A DNA stretch of 64,000 bases from an uncultured Staphylococcaceae bacterium (GCA_964384805.1 CAYLLO010000002.1:1683-65682); one strand, 5' to 3'. Numbered from the stretch's first letter, positions 49,866-59,777 are shown. The notes: generated by a model not told the origin, from the letters alone. Program-made: numbers and translations.

Positions 49866-50282
49866 TTAACTTAAACTATTATTAAGTTTTTTGGTTATTA
49901 CCTTAATACTAAAATATATAACAAACCAAATAATAAAGTATATTATAATGAAAATTCCTGTAAAAATAGCAATTATTATCCAACTAAATGGTATCCAAGA
50001 ATTAATCAAATAACAAAAAAGATAAGCAAAATATATGGATGCCAGATGTAAAACTAATGATTTCAGAAGTGACCAATGTTCAATTTGATTAAACACACTA
50101 GAACCAGCTTGTATGAAAGCTAAAAAGTATGTTGATATAATCGCTAGAAATACTTGGACACCTGTTAACGAAAACTCATCAATAGTTTCTGCTAAAATTA
50201 AATATATTATACCTGCTATTATTGGCCCTAATCCTCCAAATATTGCTCCTCGATGTAAATATGATTTTAAATACTTATTCAT
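49866..50282 (-). CDS. Small polytopic membrane protein (DUF3021-like partner of LytTR regulators)
   Basis: 138 aa with 4 TM helices. It lies immediately downstream of, and abutting, the LytTR gene. Confidence 0.45.
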   Translation of the reverse strand: MNKYLKSYLHRGAIFGGLGPIIAGIIYLILAETIDEFSLTGVQVFLAIISTYFLAFIQAGSSVFNQIEHWSLLKSLVLHLASIYFAYLFCYLINSWIPFSWIIIAIFTGIFIIIYFIIWFVIYFSIKVITKKLNNSLS

Positions 50283-50714
50283 TTATATACCTAACCTTTC
50301 TTTTACTTTTTTTAATTGTCTTTTCGAAATATAATCTTTATATCCATTTTTTAAAACTACACTTAATGTACCACCAATTGATGAATCAAATTTTTTGATT
50401 TTAGTAATATTAATAATACTTGATTGATTTATCTTAATAAAATTATCATCTATTATTTTTTCTATCATATACAATCGTTGTTTTAATAATAATTTGTCTC
50501 TCTCTAGATATGCATAAATCTTATTATCTTCAACATTAAATGAATATACTTCACTTAAACTTAAAGGTTTTATTTCTCTTTTGGCATATCCAATCAACTC
50601 AGTATTATGTTCAAATACTAATGATTCAATTTCTTCAACTAGTTTCGTTTTACTATGAGAATAGATTATTATTTCTTCAGCTTTTTCAGCATTGATAATA
50701 TTAGTTACTTTCAT
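50283..50714 (-). CDS. LytTR-family DNA-binding protein (stand-alone, no receiver domain)
   Basis: LytTR domain similarity. The probable start is MKVTNII at 50714 with an AGGAGG RBS. Confidence 0.65.
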   Translation of the reverse strand: MKVTNIINAEKAEEIIIYSHSKTKLVEEIESLVFEHNTELIGYAKREIKPLSLSEVYSFNVEDNKIYAYLERDKLLLKQRLYMIEKIIDDNFIKINQSSIINITKIKKFDSSIGGTLSVVLKNGYKDYISKRQLKKVKERLGI

Positions 50715-50998
50715 ATTTTTCCTCCTCGTCAATATTATACTAAAAACCAAAATGAATGACAATACTTATTAAGCATTCGGTCTATTTTTAATCGTATTCG
50801 GCACATTTCAACAATTTTTATTGTATGTCAGCTACTCTTATGGTACCAAATATATCATTTTCACTTTTAACTACAATAATTATTATTTCCCATTTAAAAA
50901 GCTGATAAAAAACCTAAATTAGGCACTTATCAGCAATTTTATTTTTATACTTTTGTATTTATTTTTGGACATTTGATTTGCTTGATTATTAACTTTTT

Positions 50999-51070
50999 TT
51001 ACTGTTTTAATATAACAAGTATAACATTCATTAGAATAAAAACAAAGAAAAATGAAAAGTCAGCAAGCAT
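50999..51070 (-). CDS. Candidate short hydrophobic peptide (SHP-like) ORF downstream of the RNPP-type regulator
   Basis: 23-aa ORF MLADFSFFFVFILMNVILVILKQ, about 35 nt downstream of the regulator stop. AAGG lies 4 nt before the ATG. This is speculative. Confidence 0.2.
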   Translation of the reverse strand: MLADFSFFFVFILMNVILVILKQ

Positions 51071-51105
51071 ACTACCTTAAATATTCTGCTTACTGACTTA
51101 TTTAC

Positions 51106-52005
51106 TTATCTATTAATTTGGTTATTGAGTATCTCTATTTTCTCAATTTCTTGATTGCTAAAGCCAATAAGTTTACTTCTATGCAATATTTCTTTAATAG
51201 CTTCTTTAATAACTTTAATAAAAACATCATAGTCTTTATCACTTTGAATACTACTATATAATTTTACTAATTTACCTACTTTATTAATCTTTTCTTCATT
51301 TGATAATTTATCATCATATGCAATACACTTACCTAGTTTATTACCTACAAATATAGCAAGTTCATATAAATTTGTTGTTAATTGATTATAGTATTCTTCA
51401 GTTCCTTTTTGATATAATTGTTCAATTTTTTGTCCACTTGCATGATAGAATGAGGGGAATTTATTTAGTAGTTCTAATGCTCTTTGTTCATCACCTTTTG
51501 CATATAACAATTTAGCTTTATATGTAATAGTTTCTAATCTATAATTTTCGACATTACAGCCTTCTAATATTAAATCACATACTTTAATAATTTCTTTTTC
51601 ATTTTGAATTAATACATTTGGATTATTATCCGCCATTCCACCTGTTAAAAAGAATAAATAGTTAACCATTATTTCATAATCATTTGGATAGGCAGATCTT
51701 GCTTCAATGGTTAATTCTTTTGCTTTATTCCAATCATTATTAATAAACCAGGCATTATGAATTTCTTCTTTAGCTTTCTTGATTTCTTCTTCAACTAACA
51801 TATAATCATATCCCATTAATTCATCAATCGATACGCCAAAGAAATGTGATATAGGAAATAACAGTGTAATGTCAGGATACGTTTCATTATTTTCCCATTT
51901 ACTAACGGCGGCGGGTGTAACATTAAAGATTTCCGCTAATCCTTCTTGAGTAATCTTTTTAGCTTTTCTTAATCTTTTGATGTTTTCTGAAATTTTAATA
52001 TTCAT
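51106..52005 (-). CDS. XRE-family HTH transcriptional regulator with C-terminal TPR-like domain (RNPP/Rgg-type architecture)
   Basis: The N-terminus is HTH_XRE (IKRLRKAKKITQEGLAEIFNVTPAAVSKWENNETYP). The rest is about 230 aa and helical/TPR-like. Confidence 0.65.
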   Translation of the reverse strand: MNIKISENIKRLRKAKKITQEGLAEIFNVTPAAVSKWENNETYPDITLLFPISHFFGVSIDELMGYDYMLVEEEIKKAKEEIHNAWFINNDWNKAKELTIEARSAYPNDYEIMVNYLFFLTGGMADNNPNVLIQNEKEIIKVCDLILEGCNVENYRLETITYKAKLLYAKGDEQRALELLNKFPSFYHASGQKIEQLYQKGTEEYYNQLTTNLYELAIFVGNKLGKCIAYDDKLSNEEKINKVGKLVKLYSSIQSDKDYDVFIKVIKEAIKEILHRSKLIGFSNQEIEKIEILNNQINR

Positions 52006-52066
52006 AAATACATTCCTTTCTTAAAGCAATTTTGCTTTTATTATTTGTAATATTGGCCTTAATTAC

Positions 52067-52086
52067 AACGTAAACTAGTTTACGTT
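52067..52086. promoter_or_regulatory. Perfect 20-bp palindrome AACGTAAACT·AGTTTACGTT, 62-81 bp upstream of the XRE-TPR regulator start
   Basis: Exact reverse-complement symmetry. No T tract follows, so it looks like an operator rather than a terminator. Confidence 0.4.
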
Positions 52087-52114
52087 AATATTATATCATC
52101 AAAAAAATGTATTT

Positions 52115-52130
52115 ACTACCCACTGGTAGT
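52115..52130 (-). terminator. Weak hairpin downstream of the GNAT gene
   Basis: ACTACC-CACT-GGTAGT. A T7 run begins 8 nt after the stem on the minus strand. Confidence 0.25.
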
Positions 52131-52216
52131 TAACCATATATTAACTAAAAGTTAAGTTTTTAATTATTGCTAAATTTAATGGCTCAAATCCAATCAACGG
52201 ACTAAATTTCCAATAT

Positions 52217-52717
52217 TTATAATTGTAATTCATAATACAAGAATTCATTATCATCAGTTTTACCCACTAGTTTAAAACCTAAACTTTCAAATAAATGCTT
52301 GCATCTTAAATTTGTACAATCAATTCCCGCATATAGTCTATCTGGAATCATATCAAATATTCTACCTTTGTTGTCTATTAAATACTGAATTATTTTTTTA
52401 CCAAATCCTTTATTTATATATTTAGGGTTAATTAGGATTGGATTTATTCCTAGCACCTTCTTATTATCTCTTTCTGATTCAAAATAATTAATGACAATGA
52501 GTGCTACTTTTAAATCACCTTCTTCAACAACAACTATTCTATCAAATATACTTCCTGTTCCATCTGGATTATCAATATACCATTGGTATAATTTTGAAAC
52601 ACTTTCACCGAATAATGCATATTTATGAACATCATTATAATATTCTGAATAATCTTTAGACGACCATTCTTCTAAATCAAAATCTATTTTTTTATCATAT
52701 AATCTAAAATTAAGCAT
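52217..52717 (-). CDS. GNAT-family N-acetyltransferase
   Basis: 166 aa with the acetyl-CoA binding motif NKGFGKKIIQYL. Confidence 0.7.
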   Translation of the reverse strand: MLNFRLYDKKIDFDLEEWSSKDYSEYYNDVHKYALFGESVSKLYQWYIDNPDGTGSIFDRIVVVEEGDLKVALIVINYFESERDNKKVLGINPILINPKYINKGFGKKIIQYLIDNKGRIFDMIPDRLYAGIDCTNLRCKHLFESLGFKLVGKTDDNEFLYYELQL

Positions 52718-52738
52718 GTTGTTAATCCGTCCTTTTTA

Positions 52739-53626
52739 TTAAATTATACTTACAATTTTACTTTTAAAATACTTGCTTTCAAATTCTTCATATTTTATTA
52801 ACTTGTATGCTGCTCTAGCATAATCATAATGTTTACAATCTATATATTGAATTATCAAATTTTGAATATACCTTGCTTGCCTATATTCATCTAGTTCTTT
52901 ATTCCAATCTTCGAACGAACCCATTAATACATTTGTATTATGATATTCTTTTAACCTTTCCTCTTTATCATTTACATTTAATACATTTGAGTAATACTCT
53001 AGGAGTTTAAAACTATCTTCAAGTACACTATTATCAATTATATTATATTTAAAGTTAAACGATATTAAAGAGACATAATAGCAAAGCTTAAACCATTTTA
53101 TTATTTTATAATTATCAAATTTTTCAATTATAAATCTCATTTTATCTAAAGCATCTTTTTTTATTTCTTTATTCGTATTTAATTGATGACTATATGTTGC
53201 AGTTCTTAAAACATTAAAAGTAATATTAACATTTGATTCATCAATAACTAGTTTATTCATTATCTCAAAATATAAATTATCCCAATACTCTCCATAACCA
53301 CCATTTATTAATGTTAATCTTTGGGTACTATCTACTAATAAAAGCAATTTATATTTTAGCTCTTTATTCACCAAAAAAGTTTCAAATTTTTTATGGTTAT
53401 TATATGTTTCATTTGCTTTTCTTTGAAGTGCATAGTTATCTGATATATTCCAATATGCCCACATTATTAATTCATCATTTATACTATCGATAGTTAAAAA
53501 ATCTTCTAGCAATTCACATACTTGTTGTTGACGTTCATTCGATTTATTTAAATTATTACACGGATTTTTATAGTCAGTTAATTTATAATATTGATCTATA
53601 ACATTTTTAATATCTTTAGAATACAT
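52739..53626 (-). CDS. Hypothetical cytoplasmic protein (all-helical, Y/N/K-rich)
   Basis: 295 aa with no recognisable domain. It sits between the GNAT gene and the ABC exporter pair. Confidence 0.4.
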   Translation of the reverse strand: MYSKDIKNVIDQYYKLTDYKNPCNNLNKSNERQQQVCELLEDFLTIDSINDELIMWAYWNISDNYALQRKANETYNNHKKFETFLVNKELKYKLLLLVDSTQRLTLINGGYGEYWDNLYFEIMNKLVIDESNVNITFNVLRTATYSHQLNTNKEIKKDALDKMRFIIEKFDNYKIIKWFKLCYYVSLISFNFKYNIIDNSVLEDSFKLLEYYSNVLNVNDKEERLKEYHNTNVLMGSFEDWNKELDEYRQARYIQNLIIQYIDCKHYDYARAAYKLIKYEEFESKYFKSKIVSII

Positions 53627-53733
53627 AGTAAACTCCTCTAATATGTTTTATTTTACTACATTTCTCCATTTATTTCTACTAAAAAGCCAGTTAGCTTTTT
53701 ATACTTTTACTAAGTTCCTAACTGGTTTTTTAA

Positions 53734-55563
53734 TTAATTATAATATTGTGCTTGTGCATTCCATAGTTCAAAGTATTTTGAATTCTCATCTTTCACAAGT
53801 TCATCGTGATTTCCTACTTGAACAAGATTACCTTCATGAAGTACTGCAATCTTATCACAAAATCTACAAGATGATAATCTATGAGAAATATAAATAGCTG
53901 TCTTATCTTTAACCATCTCATTAAATTTGTTATATACTTCTTGTTCTGATATTGGATCAAGGGATGCTGTTGGTTCATCTAAAACTACAAATGGTGCATC
54001 TTTATATAAAGCTCTTGCAATTGCAAGTTTTTGTTTTTCTCCCATTGATAATTCAATGCCATCATTATCATATATTTTACTAATAATTGTTTCTATACCA
54101 TTGGGTAATTTTTTTAACTTTTCACCAAATCCCGCTTGTTCTAAACACTTAACCACTTTATCCTTATCCCCATTTAATGAACAAGATACATTATCATTAA
54201 TTGAAAATCCAAAAATATAAAAGTCTTGGAATACAACCGAAAATATTGATTGATATTCATCATAATCATATTTTTTAATATCAATGCCATTTAAAGTAAT
54301 TACACCTTCAGTTGGTTCATATAATCGTGAAAGTAATTTAATTAATGTAGTTTTACCACTACCATTCATTCCAACTATTGCTAAACGTTCACCAATTTTA
54401 AATTTAAATGATACATTCTTTAGCGCCCAAAAGTCCGTTTTAGGATATTTGAATGATACATTTTTAAATTCAATTTCATATTCATTATCACTTCTTTTTT
54501 CAATCGGTAGTGTTCCCAAATATCGATCATCTGGTAAATCATAATAATCAAATAGTAATTTTAAGAATTGATTGTTATAAACTAATCCACCAATATGATT
54601 AACTAAAGATGAAACACCAGTTACAAATCTTGTGATTGTAGCAACATAAAGCATAAAATCACCAACCATTATTGATTTGGTATATATTTTTCCTGCTATA
54701 TAAATCATCACAACTATTGTTTGTAATATATCAAATGTTTTCAATATTATTGCAGTTTTAGTTTGAATTCTATTAGCTTCTCTAATATAAAAATCTTTTT
54801 CTGCAATTCTTGCTTCAATATCATGTATAACATCATTTATACCATTTACATATGAACTATAACCATAAGTTGACATCGTATTCATTAAAAGAGTATTGTC
54901 TTTTTCTAATTGCTTATATAAATCATTTATTTTCTTTTGACATTTAATCAAAATTATCATACTCATCGTAATACTTAAAACCATGACTAAAATAATAACA
55001 ATAAATGAATATGGACTATTAATAAAACCAACTATACCTTTATATTGGATTTGACTATTAGTTATAAATAGTGATATCGTTAAAACTATAGCAGTTATTA
55101 TGTTCACAAAAGCATAAACTAATGCCTGTGCTACATACATTAAACGATTTATACCTGCTCCTGTTGCATTTTGATAGTTATAAATTTGTTGTTTCATTTT
55201 TTCAACATCACTATCTTCTAGATATGTATATTTCATTTTATTTTGATATTCTAACATATTAAATGCAATAGAATGATAAGCATAATTATTATGCAATGAA
55301 TACTGAACATTAATTATTTTTCTAATAATCGATAATATTAAAAATCCAACAATAGTAATTAATACTAACATTATCAATCTATCTAAATTTTTTGTTGCTG
55401 CCAATTCATTAACAATTAATGCAGACATATAAATCGGAAAATATGGTACTAAACAATCAATTATAGCTCTTATTATAGACCACTTCATGAATTTTGGACA
55501 TATCTTAAATAATAATTTATATCCACGAACTATTAATAAAAAATTTGATTCTTTTTTATTCAT
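53734..55563 (-). CDS. ABC transporter permease/ATP-binding protein (exporter half-transporter, subunit 2)
   Basis: TMD + NBD with Walker A GMNGSGKTT, LSMGEKQ and Walker B. The probable start is MNKKES at 55563. Confidence 0.8.
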   Translation of the reverse strand: MNKKESNFLLIVRGYKLLFKICPKFMKWSIIRAIIDCLVPYFPIYMSALIVNELAATKNLDRLIMLVLITIVGFLILSIIRKIINVQYSLHNNYAYHSIAFNMLEYQNKMKYTYLEDSDVEKMKQQIYNYQNATGAGINRLMYVAQALVYAFVNIITAIVLTISLFITNSQIQYKGIVGFINSPYSFIVIILVMVLSITMSMIILIKCQKKINDLYKQLEKDNTLLMNTMSTYGYSSYVNGINDVIHDIEARIAEKDFYIREANRIQTKTAIILKTFDILQTIVVMIYIAGKIYTKSIMVGDFMLYVATITRFVTGVSSLVNHIGGLVYNNQFLKLLFDYYDLPDDRYLGTLPIEKRSDNEYEIEFKNVSFKYPKTDFWALKNVSFKFKIGERLAIVGMNGSGKTTLIKLLSRLYEPTEGVITLNGIDIKKYDYDEYQSIFSVVFQDFYIFGFSINDNVSCSLNGDKDKVVKCLEQAGFGEKLKKLPNGIETIISKIYDNDGIELSMGEKQKLAIARALYKDAPFVVLDEPTASLDPISEQEVYNKFNEMVKDKTAIYISHRLSSCRFCDKIAVLHEGNLVQVGNHDELVKDENSKYFELWNAQAQYYN

Positions 55564-57379
55564 TTTGATAGTCCTCCTTATAATATTTGCTTTGAACATC
55601 GAATAATTCTTTATATCCTTTCCCGAGTGTAACTAATTCATCATGACTACCGAGTTCAGCTATCTTTTTGTCTTTAAGGAATATAATCCTATCACAAAAT
55701 CTTGTTGAAGCCAAGCGATGTGAAATAAATATTGAGGTTGTATAATTAGCTATTTGGTTATACTTTTGATACATTTCACTTTCAGCAATAGGATCTAGTG
55801 CACTTGTTGGTTCATCCAAAATAAGTACTGAATGCTTTTTATAAATAGCCCTAGCTAATATTAATTTTTGTATTTCACCACCGGAAAGCTCTATACCATT
55901 TTCAAAAACTCTTTTATTAATGGGAGTTTTTTCTTTTTCTGGTAACAACATTACTTTTTCATACAAACCTGATAATTTTAAACATTCCATTAATCTATTA
56001 TAATCTTTTTCTTCCTTAATACAAATATTATCTTCGATTGAAGCGGGAACGATTGAATTAACCTGACTAACATAACTAAACATTGAATATAATTCCCATT
56101 TATTATAATCCAATATATTGTGTCCATTTAATATTACTTCACCTTCAGTTGGTAAAAGTAATCCACACATTAACATTGTTAAAGTCGTTTTCCCAGCTCC
56201 ATTAAGCCCTACAACTGCAAGTTTCTCTCCTGCTCTAATTTTCAAATTAATATTTTTTAATGTATAATCTTCATTTTGAGGATATTTATATGAAACATTT
56301 TTAAATTCAATTTCAATAGGATTATCAAGTTCAGCTTTTAATCCCCCTTCTTCTTTTAATACATTAGGAATATCTAAGTATTCACGTAAATGTGATGTTT
56401 GAATTGAACCTTCATAAATTTCACCCCATGAATTGATTATACTAACTAATAATTCAGAAATGGCAGTAACAGCTGAAAAGTTTAAAACAAACTCTGATGC
56501 ATTTAACTCTCCATTTAAAACCATTTTTATTAAGAAAAAATACGCAAATCCATCTCTCAAAAATACCATTATATAACTTACTAATGCCACCATAAAACTT
56601 CTTCTTTCAGTTTCATAATGTTCCTCAACAGTTTGTTTCATTAATTTTTTTGTTAATTGTTTAAAATAACCAACTAAACTAAATAATCTAATATCTTTAC
56701 CACAACGATAATCTCTATTTACATAGTAGTTTAAGTAACTCATTTTTTTATTAGTTATTGCTCTTTTTTTCCAAGTTTTACCATTTTGATTTTTCTCCCA
56801 TTTTAGCATAAGGTAATTAAATATTACCCCAACAATTACAATTACCATTATCAAAGGATTAATAAAACTTACAATAGTTCCAAATAAAATAAATGCAAGT
56901 ATTTGATACACAATGTAAGAAAAACGAATTGGATAATTAACACCAGCTGTATGGTTATTTTGAACAGCTTGTCTAGCATAATTTTCTTTTTCCTTAAAAT
57001 CTTTTTCAAGAGTTAAAAAATAATCTCTTCTAAGCTCAACTTTTGAAAATTGCGCTCTTAATCTTCCACAAATAAGCAGTACTGCTGAATCAGTTTTATT
57101 GTCAACTATTGATTTAATAATATCTATAATATACTGAATTACAAGTATTAGCAATATTCCTAAAACAATTTTTTCAAAGTCAGAAAATTTTGAAAACAAA
57201 TCAATAACATAAGAAGGTAAATATACACTAATTGCTTTTGCTATTAAACTAATTGGTATTATTAATAAACCTGAAAGTACCAAGAACTTATCATATTTCC
57301 ATATATTTTTATAAGCATAAATAACATTTGAAAATAGTCCATACTTAGGTTTATCTTTTTTTGTTTTATTTTTCTTCAT
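55556..57379 (-). CDS. ABC transporter permease/ATP-binding protein (exporter half-transporter, subunit 1)
   Basis: 607 aa, TMD + NBD with Walker A GLNGAGKTT and LSGGEIQ. There is no N-terminal C39 peptidase domain. Confidence 0.8.
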   Translation of the reverse strand: MKKNKTKKDKPKYGLFSNVIYAYKNIWKYDKFLVLSGLLIIPISLIAKAISVYLPSYVIDLFSKFSDFEKIVLGILLILVIQYIIDIIKSIVDNKTDSAVLLICGRLRAQFSKVELRRDYFLTLEKDFKEKENYARQAVQNNHTAGVNYPIRFSYIVYQILAFILFGTIVSFINPLIMVIVIVGVIFNYLMLKWEKNQNGKTWKKRAITNKKMSYLNYYVNRDYRCGKDIRLFSLVGYFKQLTKKLMKQTVEEHYETERRSFMVALVSYIMVFLRDGFAYFFLIKMVLNGELNASEFVLNFSAVTAISELLVSIINSWGEIYEGSIQTSHLREYLDIPNVLKEEGGLKAELDNPIEIEFKNVSYKYPQNEDYTLKNINLKIRAGEKLAVVGLNGAGKTTLTMLMCGLLLPTEGEVILNGHNILDYNKWELYSMFSYVSQVNSIVPASIEDNICIKEEKDYNRLMECLKLSGLYEKVMLLPEKEKTPINKRVFENGIELSGGEIQKLILARAIYKKHSVLILDEPTSALDPIAESEMYQKYNQIANYTTSIFISHRLASTRFCDRIIFLKDKKIAELGSHDELVTLGKGYKELFDVQSKYYKEDYQNE

Positions 57380-57476
57380 AAATATAACCTCCGAATCTAT
57401 ACATTTATATTATACTTATTAATTTTAATAATTTAAAAAACGTGCACGAAATGTCGATTATTGTGCACGAAATTTT

Positions 57477-58151
57477 CTATAGTGGTAACATTACTTCAGT
57501 TGCAAAAACACCTTCTTCATTTTGACGATTAATGTACCCATTATATTTATTAACAATATTATCTACGCGAATTAGTCCAAATCCATGCGAATTAGATTCT
57601 TTTGTAGTATGATAAGTCTTTCCTATTTTTTTAATCTTTCCACCATTGGAATTTTGAACAGAAATATATAATTGCTCTTTAAATATGTCTACATAAACTC
57701 TTATAAATCTATCACTAGGATTATCCAGTTTCATACAAGCTTCAATAGCATTATCAAGCAAATTACCAATTATGACGCATAAATCAATTTCTAATATTTT
57801 TAACTCTTTTGGAACAATAGCTTTTGCGTTAACATTGATTTTTTTTGATTTAGCAAGTGATATCTTACTATTTAAAATTGCATCAACCATTACATTACCT
57901 GTCTTAATTACTCTATCGACTATTGTTAAATCTTTATCTAAATTATTTAAGTATTGTTCTAATTCTTTTGTCTTTTCCATTTGAAGATATGCTTTCATAG
58001 TCTGTATATGATTATGATAATCGTGTCTCCATCCTCTCATCGTTCGATACATATTTTCAACTTCAGCATATTGTTTATTTATTAGATCATTTTGGTATTT
58101 AGTGATTCTTTTATCTATCATTTTACCAAATAAAAAGTTAAATAAGCCCAT
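57477..58151 (-). CDS. HPK10 (AgrC/LytS-type) GHKL histidine kinase lacking any transmembrane sensor domain
   Basis: 224 aa with an H-box (WRHDYHNHIQ), an N-box (NLLDNAIEA) and a G-box (SHGFGL). No TM helices. Confidence 0.7.
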   Translation of the reverse strand: MGLFNFLFGKMIDKRITKYQNDLINKQYAEVENMYRTMRGWRHDYHNHIQTMKAYLQMEKTKELEQYLNNLDKDLTIVDRVIKTGNVMVDAILNSKISLAKSKKINVNAKAIVPKELKILEIDLCVIIGNLLDNAIEACMKLDNPSDRFIRVYVDIFKEQLYISVQNSNGGKIKKIGKTYHTTKESNSHGFGLIRVDNIVNKYNGYINRQNEEGVFATEVMLPL

Positions 58152-58154
58152 AAA

Positions 58155-58880
58155 TTATACGCCTCTATAATAACTGATAAATGCTTTATTAACATCTTCA
58201 AAATTATTTTTTGCCATTGGTATTTCTTTATTATCATCTAGTACAACATTATTCTTGCTTATTGATTTAACGTATTTAAGATTAACAACATATGAACGAT
58301 GAGGCACAATAAAACTATTATCAAGTTCTTCCACAAATTTATTTATACCTATTTTTACTGTATATTCTTTTTCATCAACTGTATAAATACTTAGATAATG
58401 CCCAAATGATTCAACATATATAATATCAGCTAATTTAATAATAATGTTTTGTCCATCAACTTTAATTATTATATTTGTTTCTTTCTTTAATAGTAAATTA
58501 ACCGCTTTATCTAGTACTTGATGTAGCTTTTCTTTTGATACAGGTTTCATTAAATAGTGTAAAGCTGATACATCATATCCCATTGACATATAATCAACAA
58601 AGCCTGTTATAAAAATAATCTGTACTCTTTCATTATCTTTACGTACTTTTTGAGCTAGTTCAATACCATTGATTTTATCCATTTCAATATCAAGGAGTAA
58701 AATATCATATTCTTTATTATCTTCATAATCAAATAAAAAAGATTCAGCATTATGAAATGTTTTAATATTTAGTTTTTCACTTTTTTTCCATAATTTAATA
58801 ATTGTTAGTAAGTATTCTCTTTGAACTTGTTCATCATCAATTATCGCAATATTATAATTCATACTAAATTTGTCGAGCAA
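58155..58880 (-). CDS. LytTR-family response regulator (AgrA/ComE-like)
   Basis: CheY-like receiver (IIDDE...LLLDIEM) plus a C-terminal LytTR domain. The true start may be MNYNIAII at 58862. Confidence 0.8.
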   Translation of the reverse strand: MLDKFSMNYNIAIIDDEQVQREYLLTIIKLWKKSEKLNIKTFHNAESFLFDYEDNKEYDILLLDIEMDKINGIELAQKVRKDNERVQIIFITGFVDYMSMGYDVSALHYLMKPVSKEKLHQVLDKAVNLLLKKETNIIIKVDGQNIIIKLADIIYVESFGHYLSIYTVDEKEYTVKIGINKFVEELDNSFIVPHRSYVVNLKYVKSISKNNVVLDDNKEIPMAKNNFEDVNKAFISYYRGV

Positions 58881-58924
58881 ACAACTTATTGTCTACACTT
58901 CTCCTTTCATTTTATACTATTTTA

Positions 58925-59140
58925 AAATATCATAATGTGGTTAGTATAAATATTAGAACAAAATTGAGGATATTTAACTTGACATTTATAATTATCTATC
59001 AAGGTGACAAAATCAATTTCATATAAATATTCATAATTATCTTTTGTAAATTCTCTAACTAAATATGTTTTTCCTACTTGTTTTGCTATATATGTCATTA
59101 ATGTTATAAATGTTTTAATATGCTTATTTTCCTTCTAATT
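58925..59140 (-). pseudogene. Decayed N-terminal remnant of an AAA-family ATPase (DUF4143-type) gene
   Basis: My own translation gives ...TYIAKQVGKTYLVREFTKDNYEYLYEIDF..., which resembles the P-loop N-terminus (RQVGKTTL) of COG1373 ATPases. It is interrupted by stops and truncated after about 70 codons. Confidence 0.3.
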
Positions 59141-59603
59141 TAATAATTCATTGATTAATTTTCTTTTTATAATAAGCAACCTAAAGACATTTATATCATA
59201 ACGCAGTTTCGAAAAAAATGCAAATTTTATGTACAATATATTCAGAAAAAATATAAAAAGACTATTCCTTTAAAATTGATCCACATCATCATTTAGATAA
59301 GACATCAGCATTTTCACTCCAAAATAAAACCCTGCTACAACCCTTAAAATGAGTGCTAAAATCTGCGATTGTTTGTTTATGTAATATTTGTTTGATGATT
59401 TTACTTTTTAAATTATTTTAACACATCATAAGTTGTGGAACAATGGAACTGGTTGATACTTGATTTTCTTATAGGTATACAAATAATAAATTTTAATTAA
59501 TTAAAAATAACTATTCCTATAATTCCTAGTACCTGTATATAGAATGATGAGTTTATAAGAAAAAAGCTAGCTAACCATTTTATTGGATAACTAGCTTTAT
59601 TTA

Positions 59604-59777
59604 TTAATTATAATACTCAGCTTGATCCATAAACATTTTTCTATATAGCCCTTCTTTGTTTTTCATTAATTCATTATGAGTTCCTATTTCAACAAGATTA
59701 TATCCATCAAGCACTAGTATTTTATCACTAAATATGCAACTTGACAAGCTATGTGAAATAAACAATGTTAATCTGAC
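59604..59777 (-). pseudogene. C-terminal remnant (~57 codons) of an ABC-exporter ATPase gene
   Basis: My own translation gives ...ISHSLSSCIFSDKILVLDGYNLVEIGTHNELMKNKEGLYRKMFMDQAEYYN*, which closely parallels the C-terminus of the intact ABC at 53734 (...SHRLSSCRFCDKIAVLHEGNLVQVGNHDELVKDENSKYFELWNAQAQYYN*). No upstream NBD or TMD remains. Confidence 0.6.

Noticed and set aside
50817-50897. Plus-strand 26-aa hydrophobic ORF (MSATLMVPNISFSLLTTIIIISHLKS) in the LytTR/RNPP intergenic region
   Set aside because: No RBS, and it is on the opposite strand from both flanking genes. It is less plausible than the minus-strand 23-aa candidate.
52739-53626. HEPN-like R-x4-H (RLKEYH) in the 295-aa hypothetical protein
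   Set aside because: A single short motif without the surrounding helical context. It is expected by chance in a 295-aa protein.
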